Source of the DNA: Eledone cirrhosa
Lineage: Eukaryota
Assembly: GCA_964016885.1 (NCBI GenBank)
Contig: OZ024751.1
Span: forward strand, 50,592,001-50,656,000
Length of the DNA stretch: 64,000 nt
Direction: 5' to 3'
In this document: in pieces, positions 43,601 through 55,847 of the stretch
How the letters are laid out: every line of letters starts with the position of its first letter
How positions within the stretch are numbered: the stretch's first letter is position 1
Translations under genes and position numbers: made by a program
Notes under the pieces: model-generated
The model's database searches: none
What the model saw: only the letters and a program-made list of their open reading frames with translations
Told to the model about the DNA's origin: nothing

Positions 43601-46600
43601 TCTATTATAGTAACAGTATAGAGCCTGGTTTCTTACTGTTTCTAACGAGTCTAGAAGCTCTATTATAGTAACAGTATAGAGCCTGGTTTCTTACTGTTTC
43701 TAACGAGTCTAGAAGCTCTATTATAGTAACAGTATAGAGCCTGGTTTCTTACTGTTTCTAACGAGTCTAGAAGCTCTATTATAGTAACAGTATAGAGCCT
43801 GGTTTCTTACTGTTTCTAACGACTCTAGAAGCTCTATTATAGTAACAGTATAGAGCCTGGTTTCTTACTGTTTCTAACGAGTCTAGAAGCTCTATTATAG
43901 TAACAGTATAGAGCCTGGTTTCTTACTGTTTCTAACGAGTCTAGAAGCTCTATTATAGTAACAGTATAGAGCCTGGTTTCTTACTGTTTCTAACGAGTCT
44001 AGAATCTCTATTATAGTAACAGTATAGAGCCTGGTTTCTTACTGTTTCTAACGACTCTAGAAGCTCTATTATAGTAACAGTATAGAGCCTGGTTTCTTAC
44101 TGTTTCTAACGAGTCTAGAAGCTCTATTATAATAACAGTATAGAGCCTGGTTTCTTACTGTTTCTAACGAGTCTAGAAACTCTATTATAGTAACAGTATA
44201 GAGCCTGGTTTTCTTACTGTTTCTAACGGGTCTAGAAGCTCTATTATAGTAACAGTATAGAGCCTGGTTTCTTACTGTTTCTAACGAGTCTAGAAGCTCT
44301 ATTATAGTAACAGTATAGAGCCTGGTTTTCTTACTGTTTCTAACGGGTCTAGAAGCTCTATTATAGTAACAGTATAGAGCCTGGTTTCTTACTGTTTCTA
44401 ACGACTCTAGAAGCTCTATTATAGTAACAGTATAGAGCCTGGTTTCTTACTGTTTCTAACGAGTCTAGAAGCTCTATTATAGTAACAATATAGAGCCTGG
44501 TTATCTTACTGTTTCTAACGAGTCTAGAAACTCTATTATAGTAACAGTATAGAGCCTGGTTTCTTACTGTTTCTAACGACTCTAGAAACTCTATTATATT
44601 AACGGTATAGAGCCTGGTTTTCTTACTGTTTCTAACGACTCTAGAAGCTCTATTATATTAACAGTATAGAGCCTGGTTTTCTTACTGTTTCTAACGACTC
44701 TAGAAGCTCTATTATAGTAACAGTATAGAGCCTGGTTTCTTACTGTTTCTAACGACTCTAGAAGCTCTATTATAGTAACAGTATAGAGCCTGGTTTTCTT
44801 ACTGTTTCTAACGGGTCTAGAAGCTCTATTATAGTAACAGTATAGAGCCTGGTTTCTTACTGTTTATAACGAGTCTAGAAGCTCTATTATAGTAACAGTA
44901 TAGAGCCTGGTTTTCTTACTGTTTCTAACGGGTCTAGAAGCTCTATTATAGTAACAGTATAGAGCCTGGTTTCTTACTGTTTCTAACGAGTCTAGAAGCT
45001 CTATTATAGTAACAGTATAGAGCCTGGTTTTCTTACTGTTTCTAACGGGTCTAGAAGCTCTATTATAGTAACAGTATAGAGCCTGGTTTCTTACTGTTTC
45101 TAACGAGTCTAGAAGCTCTATTATAGTAACAGTATAGAGCCTGGTTTTCTTACTGTTTCTAACGGGTCTAGAAGCTCTATTATAGTAACAGTATAGAGCC
45201 TGGTTTCTTACTGTTTCTAACGACTCTAGAAGCTCTATTATAGTAACAGTATAGAGCCTGGTTTCTTACTGTTTCTAACGAGTCTAGAAGCTCTATTATA
45301 GTAACAGTATAGAGCCTGGTTTCTTACTGTTTATAACGAGTCTAGAAGCTCTATTATAGTAACAGTATAGAGCCTGGTTTCTTACTGTTTCTAACGAGTC
45401 TAGAAGCTCTATTATAGTAACAGTATAGAGCCTGGTTTCTTACTGTTTCTAACGAGTCTAGAAGCTCTATTATAGTAACAGTATAGAGCCTGGTTTCTTA
45501 CTGTTTCTAACGACTCTAGAAGCTCTATTATAGTAACAGTATAGAGCCTGGTTTCTTACTGTTTCTAACGAGTCTGGAATCTCTATTATAGTAACAGTAT
45601 AGAGCCTGGTTTCTTACTGTTTCTAACGACTCTAGAAGCTCTATTATAGTAACAGTATAGAGCCTGGTTTCTTACTGTTTCTAACGAGTCTAGAAGCTCT
45701 ATTATAGTAACAGTATAGAGCCTGGTTTCTTACTGTTTCTAACGAGTCTAGAAACTCTATTATAGTAACAGTATAGAGCCTGGTTTTCTTACTGTTTCTA
45801 ACGGGTCTAGAAGCTCTATTATAGTAACAGTATAGAGCCTGGTTTCTTACTGTTTCTAACGAGTCTAGAAGCTCTATTATAGTAACAGTATAGAGCCTGG
45901 TTTTCTTACTGTTTCTAACGGGTCTAGAAGCTCTATTATAGTAACAGTATAGAGCCTGGTTTCTTACTGTTTCTAACGACTCTAGAAGCTCTATTATAGT
46001 AACAGTATAGAGCCTGGTTTCTTACTGTTTCTAACGAGTCTAGAAGCTCTATTATAGTAACAATATAGAGCCTGGTTATCTTACTGTTTCTAACGAGTCT
46101 AGAAACTCTATTATAGTAACAGTATAGAGCCTGGTTTCTTACTGTTTCTAACGACTCTAGAAACTCTATTATATTAACGGTATAGAGCCTGGTTTTCTTA
46201 CTGTTTCTAACGACTCTAGAAGCTCTATTATAGTAACAGTATAGAGCCTGGTTTCTTACTGTTTCTAACGACTCTAGAAGCTCTATTATATTAACAGTAT
46301 AGAGCCTGGTTTTCTTACTGTTTCTAACGACTCTAGAAGCTCTATTATAGTAACAGTATAGAGCCTGGTTTTCTTACTGTTTCTAACGACTCTAGAAGCT
46401 CTATTATAGTAACAGTATAGAGCCTGGTTTTCTTACTGTTTCTAACGGGTCTAGAAGCTCTATTATAGTAACAGTATAGAGCCTGGTTTCTTACTGTTTC
46501 TAACGACTCTAGAAGCTCTATTATAGTAACAGTATAGAGCCTGGTTTCTTACTGTTTCTAACGAGTCTAGAAGCTCTATTATAGTAACAGTATAGAGCCT

Positions 46601-49600
46601 GGTTTCTTACTGTTTCTAACGAGTCTAGAAGCACTATTATAGTAACAGTATAGAGCCTGGTTTCTTACTGTTTCTAACGAGTCTAGAAGCTCTATTATAG
46701 TAACAGTATAGAGCCTGGTTTCTTACTGTTTCTAACGAGTCTAGAAGCTCTATTATAGTAACAGTATAGAGCCTGGTTTCTTACTGTTTATAACGAGTCT
46801 AGAAGCTCTATTATAGTAACAGTATAGAGCCTGGTTTCTTACTGTTTCTAACGAGTCTAGAAGCTCTATTATAGTAACAGTATAGAGCCTCGTTTCTTAC
46901 TGTTTCTAACGAGTCTAGAAGCTCTATTATAGTAACAGTATAGAGCCTGGTTTCTTACTGTTTCTAACGACTCTAGAAGCTCTATTATAGTAACAGTATA
47001 GAGCCTGGTTTCTTACTGTTTCTAACGAGTCTAGAATCTCTATTATAGTAACAGTATAGAGCCTGGTTTCTTACTGTTTCTAACGACTCTAGAAGCTCTA
47101 TTATAGTAACAGTATAGAGCCTGGTTTCTTACTGTTTCTAACGAGTCTAGAAGCTCTATTATAGTAACAGTATAGAGCCTGGTTTCTTACTGTTTCTAAC
47201 GAGTCTAGAAACTCTATTATATTAACGGTATAGAGCCTGGTTTTCTTACTGTTTCTAACGACTCTAGAAGCTCTATTATAGTAACAGTATAGAGCCTGGT
47301 TTCTTACTGTTTCTAACGACTCTAGAAGCTCTATTATATTAACAGTATAGAGCCTGGTTTTCTTACTGTTTCTAACGACTCTAGAAGCTCTATTATAGTA
47401 ACAGTATAGAGCCTGGTTTCTTACTGTTTCTAACGACTCTAGAAGCTCTATTATAGTAACAGTATAGAGCCTGGTTTTCTTACTGTTTCTAACGGGTCTA
47501 GAAGCTCTATTATAGTAACAGTATAGAGCCTGGTTTCTTACTGTTTCTAACGACTCTAGAAGCTCTATTATAGTAACAGTATAGAGCCTGGTTTCTTACT
47601 GTTTCTAACGAGTCTAGAAGCTCTATTATAGTAACAGTATAGAGCCTGGTTTCTTACTGTTTCTAACGAGTCTAGAAGCTCTATTATAGTAACAGTATAG
47701 AGCCTGGTTTCTTACTGTTTATAACGAGTCTAGAAGCTCTATTATAGTAACAGTATAGAGCCTGGTTTTCTTACTGTTTCTAACGGGTCTAGAAGTTCTA
47801 TTATAGTAACAGTATAGAGCCTGGTTTCTTACTGTTTCTAACGAGTCTAGAAGCTCTATTATAGTAACAGTATAGAGCCTGGTTTTCTTACTGTTTCTAA
47901 CGGGTCTAGAAGCTCTATTATAGTAACAGTATAGAGCCTGGTTTCTTACTGTTTCTAACGAGTCTAGAAGCTCTATTATAGTAACAGTATAGAGCCTGGT
48001 TTTCTTACTGTTTCTAACGGGTCTAGAAGCTCTATTATAGTAACAGTATAGAGCCTGGTTTCTTACTGTTTCTAACGACTCTAGAAGCTCTATTATAGTA
48101 ACAGTATAGAGCCTGGTTTCTTACTGTTTCTAACGAGTCTAGAAGCTCTATTATAGTAACAGTATAGAGCCTGGTTTCTTACTGTTTATAACGAGTCTAG
48201 AAGCTCTATTATAGTAACAGTATAGAGCCTGGTTTCTTACTGTTTCTAACGAGTCTAGAAGCTCTATTATAGTAACAGTATAGAGCCTGGTTTCTTACTG
48301 TTTCTAACGAGTCTAGAAGCTCTATTATAGTAACAGTATAGAGCCTGGTTTCTTACTGTTTCTAACGACTCTAGAAGCTCTATTATAGTAACAGTATAGA
48401 GCCTGGTTTCTTACTGTTTCTAACGAGTCTAGAAGCTCTATTATAGTAACAGTATAGAGCCTGGTTTCTTACTGTTTCTAACGACTCTAGAAGCTCTATT
48501 ATAGTAACAGTATAGAGCCTGGTTTCTTACTGTTTCTAACGAGTCTAGAAGCTCTATTATAGTAACAGTATAGAGCCTGGTTTCTTACTGTTTCTAACGA
48601 GTCTAGAAGCTCTATTATAGTAACAGTATAGAGCCTGGTTTTCTTACTGTTTCTAACGGGTCTAGAAGCTCTATTATAGTAACAGTATAGAGCCTGGTTT
48701 CTTACTGTTTCTAACGACTCTAGAAGCTCTATTATAGTAACAGTATAGAGCCTGGTTTCTTACTGTTTCTAACGAGTCTAGAAGCTCTATTATAGTAACA
48801 GTATAGAGCCTGGTTTCTTACTGTTCATAACGAGTCTAGAAGCTCTATTATAGTAACAGTATAGAGCCTGGTTTCTTACTGTTTCTAACGAGTCTAGAAG
48901 CTCTATTATAGTAACAGTATAGAGCCTGGTTTCTTACTGTTTCTAACGAGTCTAGAAGCTCTATTATAGTAACAGTATAGAGCCTGGTTTCTTACTGTTT
49001 CTAACGAGTCTAGAAGCTCTATTATAGTAACAGTATAGAGCCTGGTTTCTTACTGTTTCTAACGAGTCTAGAAGCTCTATTATAGTAACAGTATAGAGCC
49101 TGGTTTCTTACTGTTTCTAACGACTCTAGAAGCTCTATTATAGTAACAGTATAGAGCCTGGTTTCTTACTGTTTCTAACGAGTCTAGAAGCTCTATTATA
49201 GTAACAGTATAGAGCCTGGTTTCTTACTGTTTCTAACGACTCTAGAAGCTCTATTATAGTAACAGTATAGAGCCTGGTTTCTTACTGTTTCTAACGAGTC
49301 TAGAAGCTCTATTATAGTAACAGTATAGAGCCTGGTTTCTTACTGTTTCTAACGAGTCTAGAAACTCTATTATAGTAACAGTATAGAGCCTGGTTTTCTT
49401 ACTGTTTCTAACGAGTCTAGAAGCTCTATTATAGTAACAGTATAGAGCCTGGTTTCTTACTGTTTCTAACGAGTCTAGAAGCTCTATTATTTTAACAGTA
49501 TAGAGCCTGGTTTTCTTACTGTTTCTAACGAGTCTAGAAACTCTATTATATTAACAGTTTAGAGCCTGGTTTTCTTATTGTTTCTAACGAGTCTAGAAAC

Positions 49601-50042
49601 TCTATTATATTAACGGTATAGAGCCTGGTTTCTTACTGTTTCTAACGAGTCTAGAAGCTCTATTATATTAACGGTATAGAGCCTGGTTTCTTACTGTTTC
49701 TAACGAGTCTAGAAGCTCTATTATAGTAACAGTATAGAGCCTGGTTTTCTTACTGTTTCTAACGAGTCTAGAAGCTCTATTAAATTAACAGTATAGAGCC
49801 TGGTTTTCTTACTGTTTCTAACGAGTCTAGAAACTCTATTATATTACCAGTATAGAGCCTGGTTTCTTACTGTTTCTAACGAGTCTAGAAGCTCTATTAT
49901 ATTAACAGTATAGAGCCTGGTTTTCTTACTGTTTCTAACGAGTCTAGAAACTCTATTATATTAACAGTATAGAGCCTGGTTTCTTACTGTTTCTAACGAG
50001 TCTAGAAACTCTATTATATTAACAGTATAGAGCCTGGTTTTT
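40688..50042. repeat. 9.35-kb satellite of 58/59-bp monomers (tagtaacagtatagagcctggtttcttactgtttctaacgagtctagaagctctatta), ~160 units
   Basis: Contiguous near-identical monomers with no spacers; XbaI site in nearly every unit. Confidence 0.98.
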
Positions 50043-50345
50043 CCATGAACACATTATACAGGTTGACTGATAAAATGACAAGTCAGTCAATCATGTTGGT
50101 GGCCTCACCACAGCCCCACCGGACAGAATGGAGAAGGCGTTTCACCGGAGGACGGCAAAGGAGACGCGCTGGAAGAGCCATTCCAACTCGCAAGGCTCAC
50201 ATCTGCGGTTGGCCAGCTCAGCGCCTATAGTGGTAAGTAGGGAGAGGGCCCTAGTGCCGAGGATACCAGAAGTTTCCACTGTCAAGGGCACGACCGCAAA
50301 CTTGTCGGAGAGCGACCGGTATTTGAAGAGTTTGGCCTCCTCAGT
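50043..50345 (-). mobile_element. CRE-like non-LTR retrotransposon 3' fragment (RLE C-terminus)
   Basis: Minus strand: TEEAKLFKYRSLSDKFAVVPLTVETSGILG...WLFQRVSFAVLR*NAFSIL; matches the E..K..KY / P..VET.G / QR.S....RGNA signature with one premature stop. Absent from the ORF track. Confidence 0.75.
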
Positions 50346-50937
50346 AACTGTTATTGTTGTTGTTGTTGTTGTTGTTACAGTTAAGCATTAGATCTACCCT
50401 AATCAAAGAAACTGATAACCAAAGGCGTTCCAACCAGAATCATCCAGTCATATATGTAATATATACAGGGTGCACCCCCCCCCCAAAAAAAAAATGCATA
50501 TATACTTCAACAGCATTCTAATAAATATTACCTGTATGGGTAATCAAAGTGTGTATACATCTTTTTGGGACACCCTGTGTGTGCGTGTCTATATATATAT
50601 ACATGTATATATATATGTACACCCCACCCCCACACTCTACCCCATCCTCCCTCTCCTGTCCTTGTCCACTGTGTCGATGACACAACAGCCGTCCACACTG
50701 TAAGGTGGCCGTGTAGGAGACACGGTGAAAAGGCTCCCAGTCCACACTGTAAATGTGATTGGTGTTAGGAAGGGCATTCAGCTGTAAAAAACCTATCAGA
50801 GACGCTTCCGTGCGAGCGAGACATGGTCTCCCGACCATCCCCGCATCAAATGGAACAAAACTATCTAACCCATGCTAGCGTGGACGATGGAAGTTAAACG
50901 ATGATGATGATGATGATATATATATATAATATATATA

Positions 50938-53900
50938 CGGGGTAACAGATTATTGTTATAGGTAGTCCACTTAGGTGTAGTCCAGTTATGGTACTCCGAG
51001 TAGTGGATGATATCAATGCTTGGCTAAGTTTGACTCAACAAGGCGTTTCCATGGTGATGCTGCGAGTACGCTGTAATTCCTATGTTGTTAACACTTGGAG
51101 TAATGATAAATCAGGAAAGAAGAGTGACACGGTTTGCTATACAAAAAAGGTTTTTAATCTCATTGCTGACAATTGTTTCTCTGAACTGGTGTGTCTAGAG
51201 ATCGCTACCCGCTTGTTTTCACGTCATTCGATCACCAATACATAGTTGTAACCAGTCAATTCATGAGAGCTTGCGAGAATGAAAGGAATATACAGGCATG
51301 GCTTCTATATATAGTAATGGCATTCAATCAGAACAATAACAACAATACTAACAATGCTAGCAATAAATTATTTGAAATAATCACATCAATCTAAGTAAGA
51401 AACATAGTATATCTACGACTTTAGCATGTAAAACTAGCTGACATGAGGCAGATGTATGAAATTGACATGTAAAAGCTGTCATGGGGTGTATTATATATAG
51501 TATAGAGATAAGCCGGTGGCTTTAAACAATGTACCATTCCTTTACTGTAGGTCTGGTGACCGTAAGAATTATTTATTATCTGACATGAAATATTTATCAT
51601 TGTAGTGAGGATAGTAATATTTGTGGTGTGAGGTGGGTTCAATATTTATGTGGTCTATATTAGATGAAGGAATTGTTAGTTCGAATCATGGGGTTGTTTA
51701 GCTTTCACACCATCAATAACATACATGTATAAGATAACATTAACAGAGTAGCAATATAATAGGTAAGTTAATACAGAGGTTAAGGAGGCAATACATATAT
51801 ATATATATAAAGATGCTGACTACAATTATAACAGGAGGAAGGTGATGTTTTACTGTAGTAGTATTCTAAAATGTTCTTGGATTTAGGTTCATTTGTTGAG
51901 AGTCAAGGGTGAGGAAGTTGTGTTGACAGCACCTGAGAAGGGATATATTTATGGGTTGATAAGATATTTGCAGACATTACTGTGGTATAGAATTAAGAAG
52001 GCTAGAATTTACTTAATGATTATAGTTCTGTGGTGGTCCGTGCAATATTGTGGATATCATAAGTTGAAAGCTAAGTTATGTCGGTTCGATTCACGGAGGC
52101 TTAAATCTTGTGAATTTAGTGGCGATCCTGTGTCTGCAGAAGATTGATCTTTCTAACTTGTTGTTGAGTAGCCTTTTTACATTCCTAAGGATATATAGTA
52201 ATTCTAGATCACAGAGCCTACAGTGGGACATACCGGTACTGTAAGCCCTTGCGGCCGACAACCTCGACCAGTTGATATTGTAGTTGGTGTTATTGTCCTT
52301 AAGTTCCCAGATTTTTTTGGCGAGGGTTGTAGAACCCATAAGTGTACGGTTCTTCATCGAGTGTCTGTGCACATACCATCTTTTTTAAAAGTACCCGCGG
52401 TGGATCCAATGTAATGCCAAGTGGAGTTGCCCGAGTTGACTGTACACATGTACACTAGGCTCGAAATAAGGCATCTATTCGCCAATGGGCACCTATCCGG
52501 TAGGTGACAGTTACAGTTTGAGGTGTTATTTCGTGCAGCTTCTACACTGCTGTTTTGTACACTGCTATAAGTGGGTTGTGATTTATGCCCGTTGGGCTTT
52601 TGCTGCTGCGTGCTTGTATGCGTTTGCGGTTGTGATACTGTGATGTGTTTATGTTTATAATTTGGTGCTATGTTGCGCATAGGTGGGGCGGATTCCCTAC
52701 AGGTATTTCTGTGGTTGATCTTACGTATGTGTGATTCTATATTTGCAGCCGTAGAGTATGAGAGTTTTAAGTTTTTCTATTGAGTATTTTATGATATCTG
52801 TGTGATATAGGGAAGTGTTTATCTATTAGTTTAAAGAACGTAGAAGGCAGTCTAGTTTTTACAGAGGAGTTGAAGATTGGATTGAACCACAGGTATTTTC
52901 TTTCTCTGATTCTTCTATTGTTTCTAGGGTTTACATTATTGGTGTTTGGACCACTTACTCTAGGTGCTACGTGCTAACTCTATGTCTAGTCCTGTTACTT
53001 TTATTTTTGTGTGAGCAGTTGGTGTCATTGTTAGTAGGTTTGTTTAAGTTGTCTTTATTCGTTATAAACTGCAGCTTTTCTTTGTGTCCGGCCCTATGTA
53101 ATGCCGCGTTATAATAGTTAGCATGTTCATTAAAAATTTCTAGGTTTGAGGATAAGCGGGATATTCTAAGGGATATACTACGTGCTGTGGATCTGATTAT
53201 GGATCGGGGTGGTTTGAATTATAACTAATGTAAGCCAGATTCTCATTATTTTTGTGGAAGGATTCTATTAATCCCGTATTTAGATTTAGAGTCACATCTA
53301 GAAAGTTTACCTTTTTATGGTTCAGTTCGTAGATAATACTTAGGTCTAGTTTTTTGAAGAATGTTCTAATATTTTTTCTTAATCTTTCCGTGCTCTGGTT
53401 GTTTAAAATATGGTTGTTTAAAATATAAGCGCTTTATCTAGGGTAGCTGGGGATATGGATGCATAGTAATCGTTTATATCGTATTGTATGAAGTTACATG
53501 TCCCTCTATTTCTTATTTTATTGAACCATTCAATCGCCTCGTTAGTGTTACCCCATAAATTGATTTCTAGTTTTCCCTTTATTTGTGCGATTACCCTATC
53601 TAGAATGTTCTCGCTAATTTTACCTATATCTGACTTAGATGGGCATATTAATCTGATAGTAGGGTTTGTTTCAAAATTATTTTTGTGATCCTTCAGGTTA
53701 AATGTGAGGTTGCATGGGGTTGCATTGTTTAAAGCCACCGGCTTATCTTTATACTATATATAATACACCTTATGACAGCTTTTACATGTCAATTTCATAC
53801 ATCTGCCTCATGTCAGCTAGTTTTACATGCTAAAGTCGTAGATATACTATGTTTCTTACTTAGATTGATGTGATTATTTCAAATAATTTATTGCTAGCAT

Positions 53901-54148
53901 TGTTAGTATTGTTGTTATTGTTCTGATTGAATGCCATTACTATATATAGAAGCCATGCCTGTATATTCCTTTCATTCTCGCAAGCTCTCATGAATTGACT
54001 GGTTACAACTATGTATTGGTGATCGAATGACGTGAAAACAAGCGGGTAGCGATCTCTAGACCCACCAGTTCAGAGAAACAATTGTCAGCAATGAGATTAA
54101 AAACCTTTTTTGTATAGCAAACCGTGTCACTCTTCTTTCCTGGTTTAT
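50938..54148 (-). mobile_element. Naiad-like Penelope-like element, decayed and 5' truncated, with an inverted copy of its 3' region at the 5' end
   Basis: RT pieces LKDHK..RLICPSKSDIG, IQYDINDYY, VNFLDVTLNL; GIY-YIG region CNC.....CPL...CL..VY..YIGST, CRLC, CRH (stop 52091). Internal deletion near 53410 removes the catalytic DD. 51106-51531 is inverted at 53723-54148. Confidence 0.85.
53976..54096 (+). ncRNA. Hammerhead-like motif with variant core CTCATGA; mirror copy at 51158-51278 (-)
   Basis: tctcgcaaGCT-CTCATGA-attgactgg...ccagttcaga-GAAA-CAATTG-TC-AGCaatgaga. Confidence 0.55.
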
Positions 54149-54149
54149 A

Positions 54150-54354
54150 AAATATATATATATATATAATATATATATATAATATACTGTATATATATAA
54201 TATATATATTTTATATATATATATAATATCTATATTATAAATATATATATATATATATATATAATATATATATATTTTAAATATATATATATATAATATA
54301 TATATATTTTAAATATATATATATATATGTATATATATAATATATATATTTTAA

Positions 54355-54392
<38 letters not shown>

Positions 54393-54400
54393 TATTTTAA

Positions 54401-54432
<32 letters not shown>

Positions 54433-54526
54433 TGTATATATATAATATATATATTTTAAGTATATATATATATATATATATAATATATATATTTTAAATA
54501 TATATATATAATATATATATTTTAAG

Positions 54527-54557
<31 letters not shown>

Positions 54558-54813
54558 TATTTTTAAATATATATATATATATAATATATATATATAGGAA
54601 GACGATCGACTTTCGTCAAATCGGACCGAGGGAACAATGTTTCCGTTGGTCTTTCCAATTGCTAATACTATCTATCGGTCGCAACTCCAGGTAGAAGGAG
54701 CAACGTGAAATAAAGTGTCTTGCTCAAGGACATAACGCATCGCCTGGTCCAGGAATCGAACTCACAACCTTACGATTGCGAATTCAATTCTCTAACCACT
54801 CAGCCACACGCCT

Positions 54814-54872
<59 letters not shown>

Positions 54873-55087
54873 TATATTTATATATATATATAATAATAAT
54901 ATATATATATATAATATATATATAATATATATATTTTAAATATATATATATATATAATAAATATATATATATATATATATATAATATATATATATATATA
55001 ATATATATATTTATATATATTATATATATAATAAATATATATATATATATATAATATATATATTTATATATATTATATATATAATAA

Positions 55088-55119
<32 letters not shown>

Positions 55120-55172
55120 TATTTCAAATATATATATATATAATATATATATTTCAAATATATATATATATA

Positions 55173-55237
<65 letters not shown>

Positions 55238-55302
55238 TATTTTAAATATATATATATATAATATATATATTTTAAATATATATATATATATAATAAATAT
55301 AT
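54150..55302. repeat. Compound TA minisatellite with recurrent TTTTAAA and TAAT interruptions; same pattern at 58655-58761 and 62595-63230
   Basis: tatatattttaaatatatatatataa-type units in all three segments. Confidence 0.9.
54597..54817 (-). mobile_element. tRNA-derived SINE type B, second copy, in a (TA)n array
   Basis: Reverse complement of 7364-7582 with intact B box GAGTTCGATTCC; TA runs on both sides. Confidence 0.85.
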
Positions 55303-55847
55303 ATCACAAACACTCACCTTACCTTGAATCAAAGAAGAACTACGGTAATAACTCTTCGCTTTTTCTACAAAAACACCCTATCGCACACAACATGAACAAA
55401 AAGCACAAACACGATAGGTATTCCTTTGACCAGACCATGAGAAGTAGTAAAACCAGGAGATCATTCTCAAGATCTCAACAGAGACTACCAACAAGGAATG
55501 TGGAAACAAAACGTAGAATAACCAGATCACTCTCAAGATCTCAACAGAGATTGCCCACAAGAAACTGGACGAAAAAACGATCTAAACCTGAAAGCAAACC
55601 TAGGTCATTTTCCCAGATTGTTAAAAATAATGCTAACAGGAAGAAAAATAATATACAGAATACCAAAAATAGGACAAAATACATAACGAAACCAAATATA
55701 ATATCACGACCAAAAGTTCATCAAGCGAACACCAACAGGAATATAAATCCTGAACAGAGAAAAATTCATTTTTTAACGTCAGGACAACAAAAACCGGAAA
55801 AAGAAAAACTCCAGGAGGAAACATACCCAAAACAGCTGTACACGTAG
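55303..55847 (+). other. Upstream basic, Arg/Ser/Asn-rich ORF of the Neptune-like PLE (5' truncated)
   Basis: No stop from the (TA)n junction to TAG 55845-55847; duplicated RS(F/L)SRSQQRLPTRN; overlaps the RT frame by 94 nt. Confidence 0.6.

Noticed and set aside
40688-50042. CRISPR array
   Set aside because: Monomers are contiguous with no unique spacers, no cas genes, eukaryotic context
50142-50148. In-frame TGA in the CRE-like fragment as recoding
   Set aside because: It replaces the conserved Gly of RGNA; simplest explanation is GGA-to-TGA decay
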